From positions 186,001 through 250,000 of the forward strand of contig NW_005201144.1 in the NCBI RefSeq assembly GCF_000372725.1: a stretch of DNA of 64,000 bases, in the 5' to 3' direction. Position 1 is the stretch's first letter. Each line of letters begins with the position of its first letter. The position numbers and the translations under genes are program-made. The notes below the pieces were generated by a model. It made no database searches and was not told the DNA's origin. It saw only the letters and a program-made list of their open reading frames with translations. Shown here in pieces: positions 34,035 to 46,534 of this stretch. The DNA is from Emiliania huxleyi CCMP1516 (taxonomy: Eukaryota).

Positions 34035-36198
34035 ATGGCGACCGCCCGCCTGCTGCGCTCGTGCGTTGAGACCCTCGTGGGCTTTGTGCTCGCGCCAGCC
34101 TTCAAATTGATTATGCTTCCAGTATTCGTTCTCGTATTCTCGCCGAGTATTGCGCTCGGCCTCTGCAGCTCCGACGCTGCTGTCGGCGTGCCTCCCGCCT
34201 GTCTCGCCTGGCGTCGCCTTCCATATCTGATTCCGATGATGCCCTTTGTCGACCTGCCGATTGCCGCCTTATTGATGGCGACATGGCTGATCGAGGTTCT
34301 GTTCCTCCGGAACCCCCTCATCCTCGCCGTCTACAGCCTCTGCCGACGCGCCTCACTCCCCAACCGCGAGCCGACGATCCCCGACGCCGAGGCCGGTCTT
34401 CACGCTCGCGAGCGGCCGCGCTCGAACACCAATGACGCCGCCCGCTATCGCGAGCACGCCTCCATCTGGGCTGCCCTCGAGGGCGACGGCGACAAGGTCC
34501 GGCCGGGAGATGTGCGGCTGATCAGTCTGAACTGGCTCATGGCGCTGGCAGAGCAGGGCGGCGTGCTCCCGCGGCGGCAGGACCTGCCAGAGGAGGCCTT
34601 CTTAAGCTCTGCTCAGCTGAGGCGGATCGAGCAAGGCGCCAGGCGCGGCTTTGACTCCGTCGGCTTTGAGGAGGCCTTGGCGCGCGTCAACAAGGAGCCC
34701 TCCCCCTCATCCTTTCTCGGCTGGTTCGCGAGCTTTTTCGGCCGCACGCGCAACCCCGACGGGCTGCTTCCGATCATCTCCGTCTCCTACTGCTGGCTCG
34801 AGGCGGCGCATCCGGATCGAGAGGGCCGCCAGCTCCAGCTGCTCTGCCGCAAGCTGCGGGACCTCTATGGCGGGCGCGGCCTGCTCGGCGCGTGCCGCGA
34901 GTACGGCTTCTCGGACATGGTGAGCTGCCTCGCCCGCCTTGCCCACCGCCGCTCCCTTCCTCACCGCCACTCCCTCCCTGGCTCGCGCAGGGGGTGTTTC
35001 TGGACTGGAGCTCGGGCTACCAGAAGGACCCGGCGCTATTTGCCGAGCGGCGCGCGTATGAGGCGAGCCGGTCGGGCGAGCGGAAGGCCGCCTTCGGCCG
35101 CATGCTGGAGAACACGATGGTGAGCGCATGCCAGCCCCTCCCCCTGATAGCGCCACAGCATGCACCGCTCTCACGGCACGTTGGTTTTACATTCCGCATT
35201 AGGACCTCTGGTACGCGCACGCCTCGGTCACTGTCGTGCTGCTCACGCAGCTGCCCGACGAGCTGCCCGCCGGTTTTGACCGGAGCCGGACCTACGACAC
35301 TCGCGGCTGGACGGCATTCGAGCGGTGCTCGGCAGAGCTGGGCGCAAAGTCCGCCTATATGGGCTTTGCCAAGTGGAAGCTCGTCATCGACGCCGCCAGC
35401 GGCGACGGCGGCGCTCAGCGGCGGCTCCCCGCGACTCCGGAGCGCATGGCGACGCTGCTCGCCGCTTGTCGCTTCACCAACGGCGCGGACTCGGCGACCG
35501 TGCTGGCGCTCTACGAAAAGACGGCGAAGGCCGTGCTGGGCACGGTCGAGAAGCTCGACTACACGGGTCTGCCGCTCGTGTGTGGCGATGCGTGGACTAG
35601 CCCGGCGCTGCTGGCGGAGGCGCTAAACCATTGCGAGAGCCTCCGGACCCTCTACCTAGTTGGGACACGCCTCGACGACGAGGGCGTGGCGGAGCTCGCG
35701 GCGGGGCTCGAGGACGGCGCGCTCCCGGCGCTTGAGTACCTCTACCTTCTGGCAAACCGCTTCGGCGCGCGCGGGGGCGTCGGCGCGCTCTGCGGCGTGT
35801 TCCATCGCGGCGTGGCGCCGATGTTGCAGATACTCGACGTCGGTCTCACGCCTATTGGCGACGAGGGAGCCGTGGCGCTAGCTGCAGCGCTGCCGATGGG
35901 CAAGCCGTCGCATGGACTGACCTTGTGGTGGTGCGATGTGGGCGACGAGGGCGCGATGGCACTCGCGGCTGCCCTCCCGGCCGCGGGTCAGAGGTGTCGC
36001 GTGCAGGTCATGTTCAATCGGATCGGTCTCGCGGGCCAGGCGGCACTACTGGAGGCGCTCGAGGCGAAGCACGGGCCGCAGATGGGGAATGCGCTGGCGG
36101 TGGCGCAGTTGAACTTGCTTCCCTGGTCGTACCCGCTCATGCGCGCTTTGGGGCGAGGCTGGCGCCGTGTGCTCGAGAGCAGCCGAATCACCATGTAA
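34035..36198 (+). CDS. Membrane-anchored HET-like domain plus RI-type LRR protein, 3 exons
   Basis: Hydrophobic N-terminus, then LPRRQDLPEEAF, IISVSYCW..HPD..G, GVFLDWSS.YQK, MDLWYAH..VVLL, YDTRGWTAFE, FTNGAD, then LRRs (N.IGDEGA.ALA.AL). GT-AG introns 34920-34990 and 35120-35202. Confidence 0.8.
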
Positions 36199-36228
36199 GG
36201 CACACCTTTCAAGCGGCGAGGGGACGCC

Positions 36229-36323
36229 TAAAATTCTTTTCCGTCCGTAGTGTACCTGTGTTAGTGCCAGTGCGCGCCAGTCCTGCCCAGTGTTGTGCGA
36301 GCGAGTTCTCGTAAAATTCTTTT
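36229..36323 (+). mobile_element. Family A 3' end with TAAAATTCTTTT duplication
   Basis: TAAAATTCTTTT at 36229-36240 and 36312-36323 brackets GTGTACCTGTGTTAGTGCCAGTGCGCGCCAGTCC...GTGCGAG. Confidence 0.75.
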
Positions 36324-36433
36324 TCTGAGGACGAGGAAGACCGAGAGGCACCAGCCACAGGCTGTACGTGGGAGACGGAGAGCGAGCGAGACCCCGCGCA
36401 GGCGCTCAGCGCTTGGGCTTTGGAGGCGACCGG

Positions 36434-38330
36434 CTAGCCTCTCACCGTCTTCTCGGCGGCAGGCGCGCGTCTTGCACCGCATCGAAGGTCATCCTCGTCC
36501 ACGCCTTCTTCACCAGCAGCGGCGTCGAGCGCGAGAAGGGAACTGCCAGCGGAGTGTAGGCGAAGGTCGGCGTCGCTGTGAGTTGCACCGGCCCGTCGCG
36601 GCGCAGCACGTGCAAGTTCTCCGGCTCGAGCAGGCAGTTGCACGGCCCCCAGGATTCTTTTTGCAGTCCGAGCCAGTCTGCTGTGAGAGGGGCTTCTATG
36701 GTAGAATTCTTTTTGCAGCGCGGCCCTCGCTTGCAGGCTTCCGTCGCCTCCGTCGTTCGCTGGCATCGCTGAAAGGCCAGCCCGGTGCGGATGCTGCGCA
36801 GTCTCGCGCGGCCCGCCGCCGCCAGCTCCTCCACCTTTGCGGCGCGGCGGCCGTGGGCGCTTGCGGCGCGCCGGCTGTTCATCCAGATTGGGGTTGAACG
36901 CCCCAGCCAGCTGCCGTTCAAACGAGCGCATCTCCGCGGAGTCCACCGCTTGCCACAGGAGTGGGTACGTCTTGTTGCCGACCTCGGCGGTGACGGGAAC
37001 GTCGTCGTTGAAGCGGGCGAGGTGCGTCGTCGAGAGGCCGCTGTCGCGTAGTCTGCCCGCCACGTCGCCGGCGCCGGCGACGCTGTGAAGTCGACGACAG
37101 TGGGGCCGGCCGAGGTGACGATGACGACGACCGCGCTCTCGCTCACACCGAGCGACGTCCCGCCGAAAGGCGGCGTCAAACGCGCCGCGCGAGGCGGCGA
37201 CGGACTCGTGGGCGAGGCTCAGTGTCACGGTCGCCTCGTTCGCCGGCGCCGGGATCCTCGGTGCGGCTTCTCGGTCGCAGACCTTCTCCAGGTCGGGCAT
37301 CAGGGCCTGGAACTGAGCGAAGGTGGCCGCGTGACTCCCGGTCGTGAGGCCGTGGCGCACCTTCCATAGCAGGAATTCCACTATTGGCTCGACTATGCCG
37401 CCGTCCGCAGTCGCCAGTTCCGGTAGGCTCTGCCGCCCCCACTCGAGCAGGCCGGCGATGGCGACGCACGCGTGGAATCGTGCCGGCCTTTCGTGGAATC
37501 GTGTCGGCCTTGCCCCGGCACCAACCTCGCCGATCCCCGCCGTCATAGGTCGGAGCACTGGCGCCAGCCCGAGAATGACGTCACGCACCAGCTCCTCAGC
37601 GCCCGTAGGGAGGTCCAGGGAGATCGCCTCCGCCGGCCTGGCGCTGAGCAGCAGGAGGGGCGCCTCGTTGGGCCATCGCCCGTCGTCTAGTTTGGCGAGG
37701 ATCTGCTCCGACGAGGCCAGCGCCACCGCCCGTCGGAGGCTTCGTAGGATGGTCGCCGCGGCTCTCGCCGTGGGCACTAGTCGCAGCGCCCCTTCGTCGG
37801 TGAGCAGGCGGCGGTGGAGCTCGGCGATCGCCTCCACGATCGGGTCTTCGTCCTCGGCGAACCCCTCGATCGGGTCTTCGTCCTTGGCGAACTCCTCGAG
37901 CACCGCGAGCAGCCCCTCCTCGGTCAGCGCCTGCGCCCACTGAGCCGTTGTCTCCCACTCGCACGTGTAGCTGTGAGTCACGACTGGCTTGGTGACGGCG
38001 CCCACGTACGCAAAGAGGGCGCACGCCATGTCCTCGTTCGGCCCGAGGCCTGCCCCGCCGTGGCATAGCGAGTCCGCCTCGAAGACGAGGGCGTCGCCTG
38101 CTTCGAGCTCGAGAGGCTCCTGGTTGAGGACACGGAACCGCCGCCGGTTCAGTGCCACGATGATGGAGCAGACGTGTTTCTTGTTCGCGTCCCTGTGGTA
38201 CGGCTGCGGCTGCGCCCCCGGGAGGGTCACGATGACGCTGAGCCCTCTGGTGCTGCGCGTCCTGGAGGTGGACGTGGGGTAGCACCTCCTTGACCAGCTC
38301 CTCCGCTTGTCTTGCGAGCTCCGCTGCACC
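36434..38330 (-). pseudogene. Frameshifted, intronless-looking remnant with an N-terminal 2OG-Fe(II)/PhyH-like dioxygenase domain
   Basis: QPQPYHRD...IIVAL...LELEAGDALVF...CHGGAG gives HxD...H. Coherent sequence changes frame near 38250 and 36850. The 5' end is cut by a family E tail. Confidence 0.55.
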
Positions 38331-38381
38331 GCGAGCACTTGGAGCACTTGGAGTGCAGTCATCAACCGCACATGCAAGATT

Positions 38382-38697
38382 CAGTGCGCGCCAGTCCCGT
38401 GCCCAGTGTTGTGCGAGGGAGTTTTGTTGTAAAATTCTGTAGCGAACGTGCTGCAGAACAAGCTGACGCGGGCTCAGTACCTCGATGAGGTGACTTGGAC
38501 CACCAAGAGCTGGCTGGGGCTGCAGAAGCAGCGCATCTCACTCAGTCGTTCTTCACACGGCCATCGCAGAGCAGATTGTGAATGAGCTTGCCAACGGCGA
38601 GGGCGGTCGAGTGCACGGAGCTAAGTGCCTCGCCGTCCTCGCCGGAGTCGCTTAGGCGGCTCCAGTGGTGAACCGGTGTTTTTCACTAAATTCTTTC
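38382..38697 (+). mobile_element. Two tandem family A 3' ends, the second with the ORF C-terminus
   Basis: 38382-38438 is 3'UTR ending AAAATTCT. 38440-38697 encodes NKLTRAQYLDEVTWTTKSWLGLQKQRIS..HTAIAEQIVNEL plus UTR ending AAATTCTTT. Confidence 0.75.
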
Positions 38698-38722
38698 GCC
38701 CGACGTCCGGGACTCTCAAACG

Positions 38723-41426
38723 ATGAGGGTGTACGACGAGAACGCCGCCCCGACCAACGTCGTCGCTGCCGAGGCCCCGGCCCCGGCGCGCAAGATCCGC
38801 CGCCGGCGCAAGAGCGGCGTCGGCAGCCTCAAGTTTGCCGGCGACGCCGACCCGGCTGACCGCGAGGCGTCGCTCACTGAGGAGCTTGAGGCGGCGCACG
38901 ACGAGATCCGGCAGCTGCAGTTCAACTTGGCCAATGCGGAGGAGGACAACCTCACGCTGCTCCGCCTCAACTCCGAGCTCGAGGCGCAGCTCGCCGACGC
39001 TGGTAAGCTGGCCGCCGAGCAGCTCGAGCGAATCCTAGCGCTCGAGGCCGCCGAGAGGAGTGCGACTAGGGCCGAGCTCGCGCGGCAAGGGCGTGCGGCG
39101 GCGCTGCACGACTCACTGATTGACCTCGACGCCGTCGGCAGCGCCGCCGAGCAAGACACCACCGCGCAAGACGCCGCCGCGCAAGACGCCGCCGCGCCGC
39201 CACCGCCGCCAGCAGAAGCTCCGCCGCCGCCGCCGCCGGCTGCAGCCGCCGAGGCGCCCGAGGCGCCGCTCGCGACGTACGGTGGCGGCAGCTACGCGTC
39301 GGTGGTGACGCGCCTCTCCTCCACCTCGTCGGCGCGCTTCTCGAGCTCCTCGTACGTTTCCGCCGCCTCGCCGTCCCACCGCCTCTCCACCTCCTCCATC
39401 GCGTCGCGCCTCTCCACCTCGTCTGCCGGAGGCGGCGCGCCGCTCGCGCCGGCGCACGCCCTGCTCGCGCTGCCCGAGTGCGTCCACGAGGCGGTGGAAT
39501 CGTCGCCGTCGCTCGCCGGGGCGAGTGACCCACACGAGGCACCCCGCCCCACCCCGCCCCACCCCGCCCCACCCCACCCCACTTGGCAAGCTCCTCCCCG
39601 GCCGCACACGCGCACCGCACACGCGCACCGCCTCCTGCGCACCCACGCCCGCCGCCTGCGCACCCGCGTCGGCCTCTGTGCGCTCTTGCCCGCGGGCACG
39701 GCGGCTCTCTGAGGCGCGTTCGGCCGCCTTCCTCCAGGTGGATCTCGCCGCCCTGCGGCAGCCAAACGACGCCTCCGCCAGAGCGGAGGGCGAGGAGGAG
39801 GAGGCGCCGGCACCGGAACTGGAGCGGGAGGAGGCGCCGTCGCCGCAAGAGCCGCCGCGGTCTGCCGCCGAGGGGGCGCCCGCGCTGCCGGAGGCGGACA
39901 GGTCGGAGGCCGTGCCAGCGCCGCGAGGGGAGGACGGGCCGGTGGAGCAAGAGGCGCCACCGGTGCCGGCGCAAGGGGCGGAGGAGGGGGCGGAGGAGGA
40001 GCAGGGCGCGGAGGAGGGGGCGGAGGAGGAGGCGCCGAGTGCTCACTCACAGGGCGGGCCGGCCGCCGTGCCGCACGGGGCGGCTGAGGACGCCGCTGAG
40101 ATCGCCGCGCCGCCGGAGCCAGAGGCACCGCCGCCGCCCGAGTCTGGCGCGCCTCCTCCGCCTCCTCCGCCTCCTCCGCCTCCTCCGCCTCTTCCCGCGG
40201 AGGAGGAGGTGGCGAGGCCGCCTCCGCGGCGGAACGGCCGGCGCAAGTCGGTCACGAACGAGCTCGCCCGCCTCGGCGTGTCAGCGTCGGAGATCGACGT
40301 CGCCGCCGCCGCCGCTGCCGCACCCCGCTCGACACGGCGCAAGCCGCGCGGAGGAGGGGCCGCCAGCGCGGCGCCGCCCGCCGCCGCCGCCGCCGCCACG
40401 GCTGCGCCGCCCCCCCCTGCCGCCGCGGGCGGTGCGGCTGCGCCAGTCATGGCGCAGGCGGAGGCGGAGGCGGCTTGGCCGCCGCCAACCGAGGCCTCCG
40501 AGCTGGGCGAGGGGGTGCTGTCCGCGCCGCCGTCGCTCGTGGCCGTGCTGCTCGCTGTGGGGCCCGACGGCCACGTCAGCTGCTCCTTGCTCGGCCGGCA
40601 GGCGGCGCAGCAGGGCGAGATCGCTGCGCTCGAGGCGGCCACGCGGGCGCCCGCCGCACCTCTGCAGGAGAGCGCGCAGCCGTCCGCGCTCGAGGCGGCC
40701 CCGCCCCCACAAATCGTCGTGCCGGACACCGCGCCGCCGCCGCCCGCCGACCCGCCCCCCCCCGCCGACCCGCCGCCCCCCTCCGCCTCGCCGCCCTCCG
40801 CCTCGCCGCCCTCGCTCCTTCCGGAGGGCGCAGCCGAGCCAGCGAGTTTGGCGGAGGCGGCGGAGGCGCCATCCGTGTCGCCTGCTGGCACCGAGGCAGG
40901 GCCGGCCGTGGAGCGCGGCTCTGCCGGCCGGCCTCTCCCTGACGTCCAGCCATTGCCCTCTGCTGTCCCCGCGGCCGACGCGAGCGGCGCGACCGACGTG
41001 GCGTCCCTGCTCGACGCGGCTCTCTGCGCGGCACGCGGCGACGCCGGCGGTGCGGTGTGGGAGTGGGCAGGCGAGTTGACCTCTCAGCTCGGCGCCCTCA
41101 GCCGCGCCTCCGACGCCGCCGCGGGCGAGGGCACCGCGGGCGAGGGCACCGCGGGCGGCGCGGCGGCGGCGCACGACGGCGCCACGCCCCCGCAGCGCAA
41201 GAAGAAGAAGGGCGGGGCGCGGGTGCGCTTCTCGGCGTACGACCTCTCTGCCGTCTCGCCGCCGAAGCTGCAGCGGCCCGGCTCTGAGGCCGCCCTCGCG
41301 AACCATGAGCACGTGGAGCTGGAGAGCGTCGGGAAGGGTCAGCAGCATAATCGTCGGAGAGGCCGAGTGGGGTGGGGGAGGACACGTCGCGCGAAGGGCG
41401 GGCAAGTTGCCGCCGAGGAGCCCTGA
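38723..41426 (+). CDS. Low-complexity coiled-coil/Pro-Ala-Glu-rich protein; C-terminus replaced by an inverted duplication
   Basis: MRVYDEN...; heptad-rich segment; intron-like region ~39525-39738; KKKKGGARVRF. The last ~40 codons derive from the inverted copy of 46228-46579. Confidence 0.55.
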
Positions 41427-41655
41427 CCGCGTACACCGTCGAAAGTCTGTGCAGGTGTGAACAGCACCGACTGTTGTTCATCTTTCTACATACACTAGTG
41501 TGGGACCTGCGGCGGTACCCGTCTCTGTTGTTCGGGCAGTGAGAGACGCAGGATCTGCACGCCACAGAGCAAAGTGGGCCACTCCGCATTTGCATTTTGG
41601 TTTTGGGTTGTCGGAGATCATCCATCAGCTCTCATGTCTCATCAGTCAGTCACGT
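41306..41655 (-). repeat. Inverted duplicate of 46228-46579 (F-box gene 5' region)
   Basis: About 350 bp near-identical in reverse complement (two substitutions seen). It runs into the gap. Confidence 0.95.
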
Positions 41656-42111
41656 NNNNNNNNNNNNNNNNNNNNNNNNNNNNNNNNNNNNNNNNNNNNN
41701 NNNNNNNNNNNNNNNNNNNNNNNNNNNNNNNNNNNNNNNNNNNNNNNNNNNNNNNNNNNNNNNNNNNNNNNNNNNNNNNNNNNNNNNNNNNNNNNNNNNN
41801 NNNNNNNNNNNNNNNNNNNNNNNNNNNNNNNNNNNNNNNNNNNNNNNNNNNNNNNNNNNNNNNNNNNNNNNNNNNNNNNNNNNNNNNNNNNNNNNNNNNN
41901 NNNNNNNNNNNNNNNNNNNNNNNNNNNNNNNNNNNNNNNNNNNNNNNNNNNNNNNNNNNNNNNNNNNNNNNNNNNNNNNNNNNNNNNNNNNNNNNNNNNN
42001 NNNNNNNNNNNNNNNNNNNNNNNNNNNNNNNNNNNNNNNNNNNNNNNNNNNNNNNNNNNNNNNNNNNNNNNNNNNNNNNNNNNNNNNNNNNNNNNNNNNN
42101 NNNNNNNNNNN
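41656..42111. other. Assembly gap
   Basis: 456 N. Confidence 1.
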
Positions 42112-42185
42112 CCCGGGGGGGAAGCACGGTGCCTTCCGAGAACCCCCTTCCGAGAAATTTCCACCCAACCCCACCCCACCGGCCA

Positions 42186-42189
42186 CTCG

Positions 42190-42220
<31 letters not shown>

Positions 42221-42786
42221 ACCGCCGCCGCCGCCGCCGCCGCCGCTGCCGCCCTTGCGCGGCTGAGGGCCTGGCTGAGGGCCTGGCTGAGCCTCCGCAA
42301 GGCACCGCCCAGCCGCCCCGAAGCTGCCACGAGACCCCCCCCCCCCCCCCCTCCCGGCCGCACCCGCCTGACGCCCGGCCTCACCCCTGCGCCGCCCCAG
42401 GCCTGCTGCTGTGGGCGCAGTCGCACGCAATGCTCCTCGCCGTGTTTGGTGACGCGGCGGTGCTGCCGCAAGTCGCCGCCGCGCACGCGAACGCGCAGCA
42501 GCACCTCTGCCGCCTCTCCGCCCTCGCCCACCTCGTCGTCGAGCTCGGGATGAGCGAGGTGCCGCCTGCATTACTCACCCTAGCCCGTCTAGACACCTGA
42601 AGACGGACTCTCGGCTTCTCGCTGGCACACTCGGCTGCACCTCACCGTTTCGCTCTGTCCACACCGCAGGAACACTACTTTGCGCCGCTCGGCGACGTGC
42701 CCGCCCTCTCCGCCAAGCTGCACGCGATGGCGCCACTCGCCGCCGCGGCTCGCGAGCGGCATGCACCTCTAGATGCGGAATACTAG
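42186..42786 (+). CDS. 3' exons of an unidentified gene (5' part in the gap)
   Basis: Spliceable LARLRAWLRAWLSLRK|GLLLWAQSHAMLL...ELGMSE|EHYFAPLGDV...DAEY*. Confidence 0.35.
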
Positions 42787-44238
42787 TCCCGTGCATTCCG
42801 ACTAGCATCGCGTAGGCACACGCATTCGGCTGTGTGTGGCTGCATTCGCAGCCCCTCATCTTCCTGCGGTGAAGACACGGCACGGCACGCTGACGTTGGT
42901 GTGTTGCGACGCAGGCTCGTCGTGCTCGGCGTGCACGCCAAGCGCACCTCTGGCCGGCGAGCCAGCATCGGCGGTGCAAAGGCCTGAGACCTCCCGTGTC
43001 TCTGTCGTCGTGGAGTGCTGCGGAAGTGCTCGTGGCGGGCGCGGCGAATGTGTCGCTCGCCCAGCAGCAAAGAACCGAATACGTGCATGTCGTGACTCGT
43101 GTGCACGCGCCGCCTACTCTGGCTGCTCGCGCTGGTGGGCTCAAGGGTCAAGGCGATACCGCGCCGCTGATCTCACTGAACTGCATGTGCGCCACACACT
43201 CTGGTCCCGGGTGAGACGTGTCATGAGAGCTGAGAGTGCGTCCGGCCGTATGTGCGTCCCAGATCCCGTCTCGTTTGTGGTAGTATACACGGTGGCTCTA
43301 CACATGCCTCATCGCCCATGCGCAAATAAGACCCAACCGTCTACGCTGGCTGAGACCTGAGACGAGGAGGGCGGCGACCTCAACACCGACGCTATGGAGG
43401 ACCCGTCACCAGACGACGCAGGGCGGACGACGGTGAGGCGGAGCAGTCGCGCAGGGCGAGACGAGGGAGGGAGAGCAGGACGTTGCGGAGATCAGCAGGA
43501 GGATGTACGAAGAGATTAGGAGCAGCTCAGGGACCCGAGCGCCGAGGGACCATGTGGAAGACGGCTAGTGCTAGTCCCCCATCGGGAGGACGACCCCGGC
43601 TAGTCGCCGACCACACCCACAAAGAACCCTGCACAAAGACCGCAGGGCGGGGACCTGTTCCTTTTTACCCATCTCCTAGTAGAGGTGTCCGTTTTATTTA
43701 TTTATTGAGACCTGAGAGAGCGCGGAGACAGCCCTCTTCACCTTAAGCGGCGGCGACACGAGGCCGCATGGAGAGAGTGTGGCAGAGGCAGTCGGAAAGT
43801 GTCGCCAGAGGCCAGTCGGCGTGTCGTCGTACGTCGACCATTAATCACCATTTATCTCAACAAAATGATGCCGATGACTCTGCGCGTCTGCGCTCTGCCG
43901 TATCTGCCGCGAGAGATGTCTCTCGCTCGTCCCGCCGCGTGTGGCGCGTGAGACTGTGCTCTGCGTCTATCTATGCGTTTGCGTGCGTATCTCCGTAGCC
44001 ATACAGAGTAGAGAGTAGTGAGTACGCTCCTCTCCCCGAGACGCGAGAGACACTCTCGGTGCAGTACCCACGACCCAGCACTGTCGCGGATCTCACTAAA
44101 TACGCTCACGGGTGTGCCTCGTCGCGCGTGCCGGCCGGCTTTCTGAATTATATTCATCACAAAATAAGAGGTACGGAGAGATTCCCGGTGCCCGACTGTA
44201 CACTAGATCAGAGAGAAGGGAGCGGGGCGGCGAACGTT

Positions 44239-44659
44239 CTAATATATGTGCACAATGTCGTAGAAGAGCGTCCAGAAGAGGATGTAGGAGAGCATGGCCT
44301 GCATGACGCCGTCGAACCAGATGTCGGACGGCGTCTTGAAGAACGGCTTTGGCTGGCAGCCAACCTTGACGTAGAGGCCGGCGGACAGCAGGAGCGCGGT
44401 CGCAAAGAAGGCAACAAAGCCTGACAGGCCGGTGAGGCCGAGCACACCAGCGACGCAGCCGCTGAGGATGGCGACAAAGACGCGGCTGCACCGGGCGGGG
44501 GATCGCGGCGTCAACAGAGGAGGAGCGCGGGCGCGGGCGAACGCGGCGTCAGCGGCGGGGAGTGCGCCAGTAATTTAGCTTCGAGTTGTTGAAGGCGATC
44601 TTGTCACCCGCAAACACCTCGGAGAAGTCCACGTCGGCCGCCTCTGGCGGCGGCTCCAT
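44239..44659 (-). CDS. EMC6: ER membrane protein complex subunit 6
   Basis: KIAFNNSKLNY|CRVFVAILSGCVAGVLGLTGLSGF...LSYILFWTLFYDIVHIY. GC-AG intron 44567-44486. Confidence 0.92.
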
Positions 44660-45140
44660 CGCGGGCGCGTGTGGAGGAGGGAAGCGTAGGCGCCGCCGCG
44701 CCTGAGAACCAAGCAAGAAACAACGCGGGGAGGGCGCGCGATACGCACGGCGCTTAGGTTCGGTGCGGTAGACGGTGAGCTCGGGGCGCGTGAGCCGGAC
44801 TTGTGAGCCGGACGGCTTTCATTTCTCTCTGCGTTCTCGCACATGGAGTGAGTTCCTCGACTTTCCGCCCCAAACAAACTGTTCCCCTTTCTCCCGGCCG
44901 GGGTGGGGCGCGCGCGGGGCGGCGGGTGTGCGGGATGTCTGTGGGCCCGAGAGCGATATGCCATGTCCTGGACCTATCAACAGGCGCCTGCGGCACCGTG
45001 CTCAGGAGCTGCTGTATCTACCCTTATAAGTCTCTCGTGTCGGCGCCGACGCTCTTGGTTTAACCGTAGAACGTCCCAGCCGAAATCCGCCCGCCACGAT
45101 CGATCAGTCCACAATCGTCGGCCCGCAGCGACCCGCAGCG

Positions 45141-45794
45141 ATGGATGCCGCCGCCCCCCCGCCCCCTGCGGCTGACGCGCCGATGCACGACCGGCCTCCG
45201 TCGGATGGCTCTCCGGCCTCTCCGGCCGCTGCCGCCCGCGTTGCTGCCGATCCAGTCCCTCTCACGCTCAGCGATATCCGCACAAGCTACGACAACTTCG
45301 AGGTCGCCGGCTTTGGCCAGGTGCAGCCACACCTGCTTGCCTCCATGTTCACGCTTCGCGCCCCTCCCCCCCCTCTGACGCCGCCGTATGACCGTAGGTG
45401 AGGGGCACGACTACCCGCCTGGAAGGCGCTCTCATCAGCAAGTCACCCAGGCACCAACTCCTGGGCGTTTACGCTTGACTACGAAACCATGCAGTGGATG
45501 CAGCTCGATCAAAACGGCGACGCCAACAGCTGGTCCCTGGGCGAGTTCCTCGCCCAGGATGAGGTGCGAGTCATGATGCTCGACCCAGCGTGCACCAAGT
45601 CGCTCACATTCCGTGAGTTCGTCAACGGGCCGATCATCTCTCCAAGTCGACTGCGATCTCGGACTCCGACAACTGGACCGGTGCACCGTTCGCGGAGGAC
45701 GATGGCTCCCTCGACGACATCCCTTCATCGACGGACGCCTTCACCGCCGCCGGCCCTGGGCCATCCAGCGCGGCCTCCGACGGCCTGCACGTGA
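45141..45794 (+). CDS. Small hypothetical protein with EF-hand-like loops, divergent from EMC6
   Basis: LDQNGD..WSLGEF and LDPACTKSLTFREF resemble degenerate EF hands. Splicing is uncertain. Confidence 0.35.
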
Positions 45795-46534
45795 TCGAGC
45801 GGGTACAGAAACGGTGGCTGCCCAGCTCACACCCTAATCGATCTGCCTTAGGCACGGAGCCAACGGAGCCATCGCGCATGCCCGCATCGCGTGCGGCTCC
45901 GAGGTCTCCCGCCGAGACCGGCTCGGCGCGACGCGTGGCCGCACGCCGCCGTTGAAAAGGCGAGATAGGACCGAGGGGAGAGCGCCGGCCACATCGAGGT
46001 GCTGCTCCGGTCTGTGTGGGATTCTGCCTCCCCCCCATCTGTGCGGCGAGTTGTTTGCGGCGCGATGCCCGATCGTGCGCGATAGCCTCCCATTGTGCGT
46101 GGTGTGTCGGTTGTCGGGGTCGTCCGGAGCGTGTGGCGGCGCCGTTGCATGCAGCGACTGCTCCACGCGTGCCACGACTGCTTTGACTGACGTGACTGAC
46201 TGATGAGTGCCACGACTGCTTTGACTGACGTGACTGACTGATGAGACATGAGAGCTGATGGATGATCTCCGACAACCCAAAACCAAAATGCAAATGCGGA
46301 GTGGCCCACTTTGCTCTTTGGCGTGCAGATCCTGCGTCTCTCACTGCCCGAACAACAGAGACGGGTACCGCCGCAGGTCCCACACTAGTGTATGTAGAAA
46401 GATGAACAACAGTCGCTGCTGTTCACACCTGCACAGACTTTCGACGGTGTACGCGGTCAGGGCTCCTCGGCGGCAACTTGCCCGCCCTTCGCGCGACGTG
46501 TCCTCCCCCACCCCACTCGGCCTCTCCGACGATT

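Noticed and set aside
41500..42600. ORFs spanning the N run
   Set aside because: Artefacts of the assembly gap.
46169..46250. Two CTGATGAG motifs in a 38-bp tandem duplication
   Set aside because: No GAAA partner; a simple local duplication.
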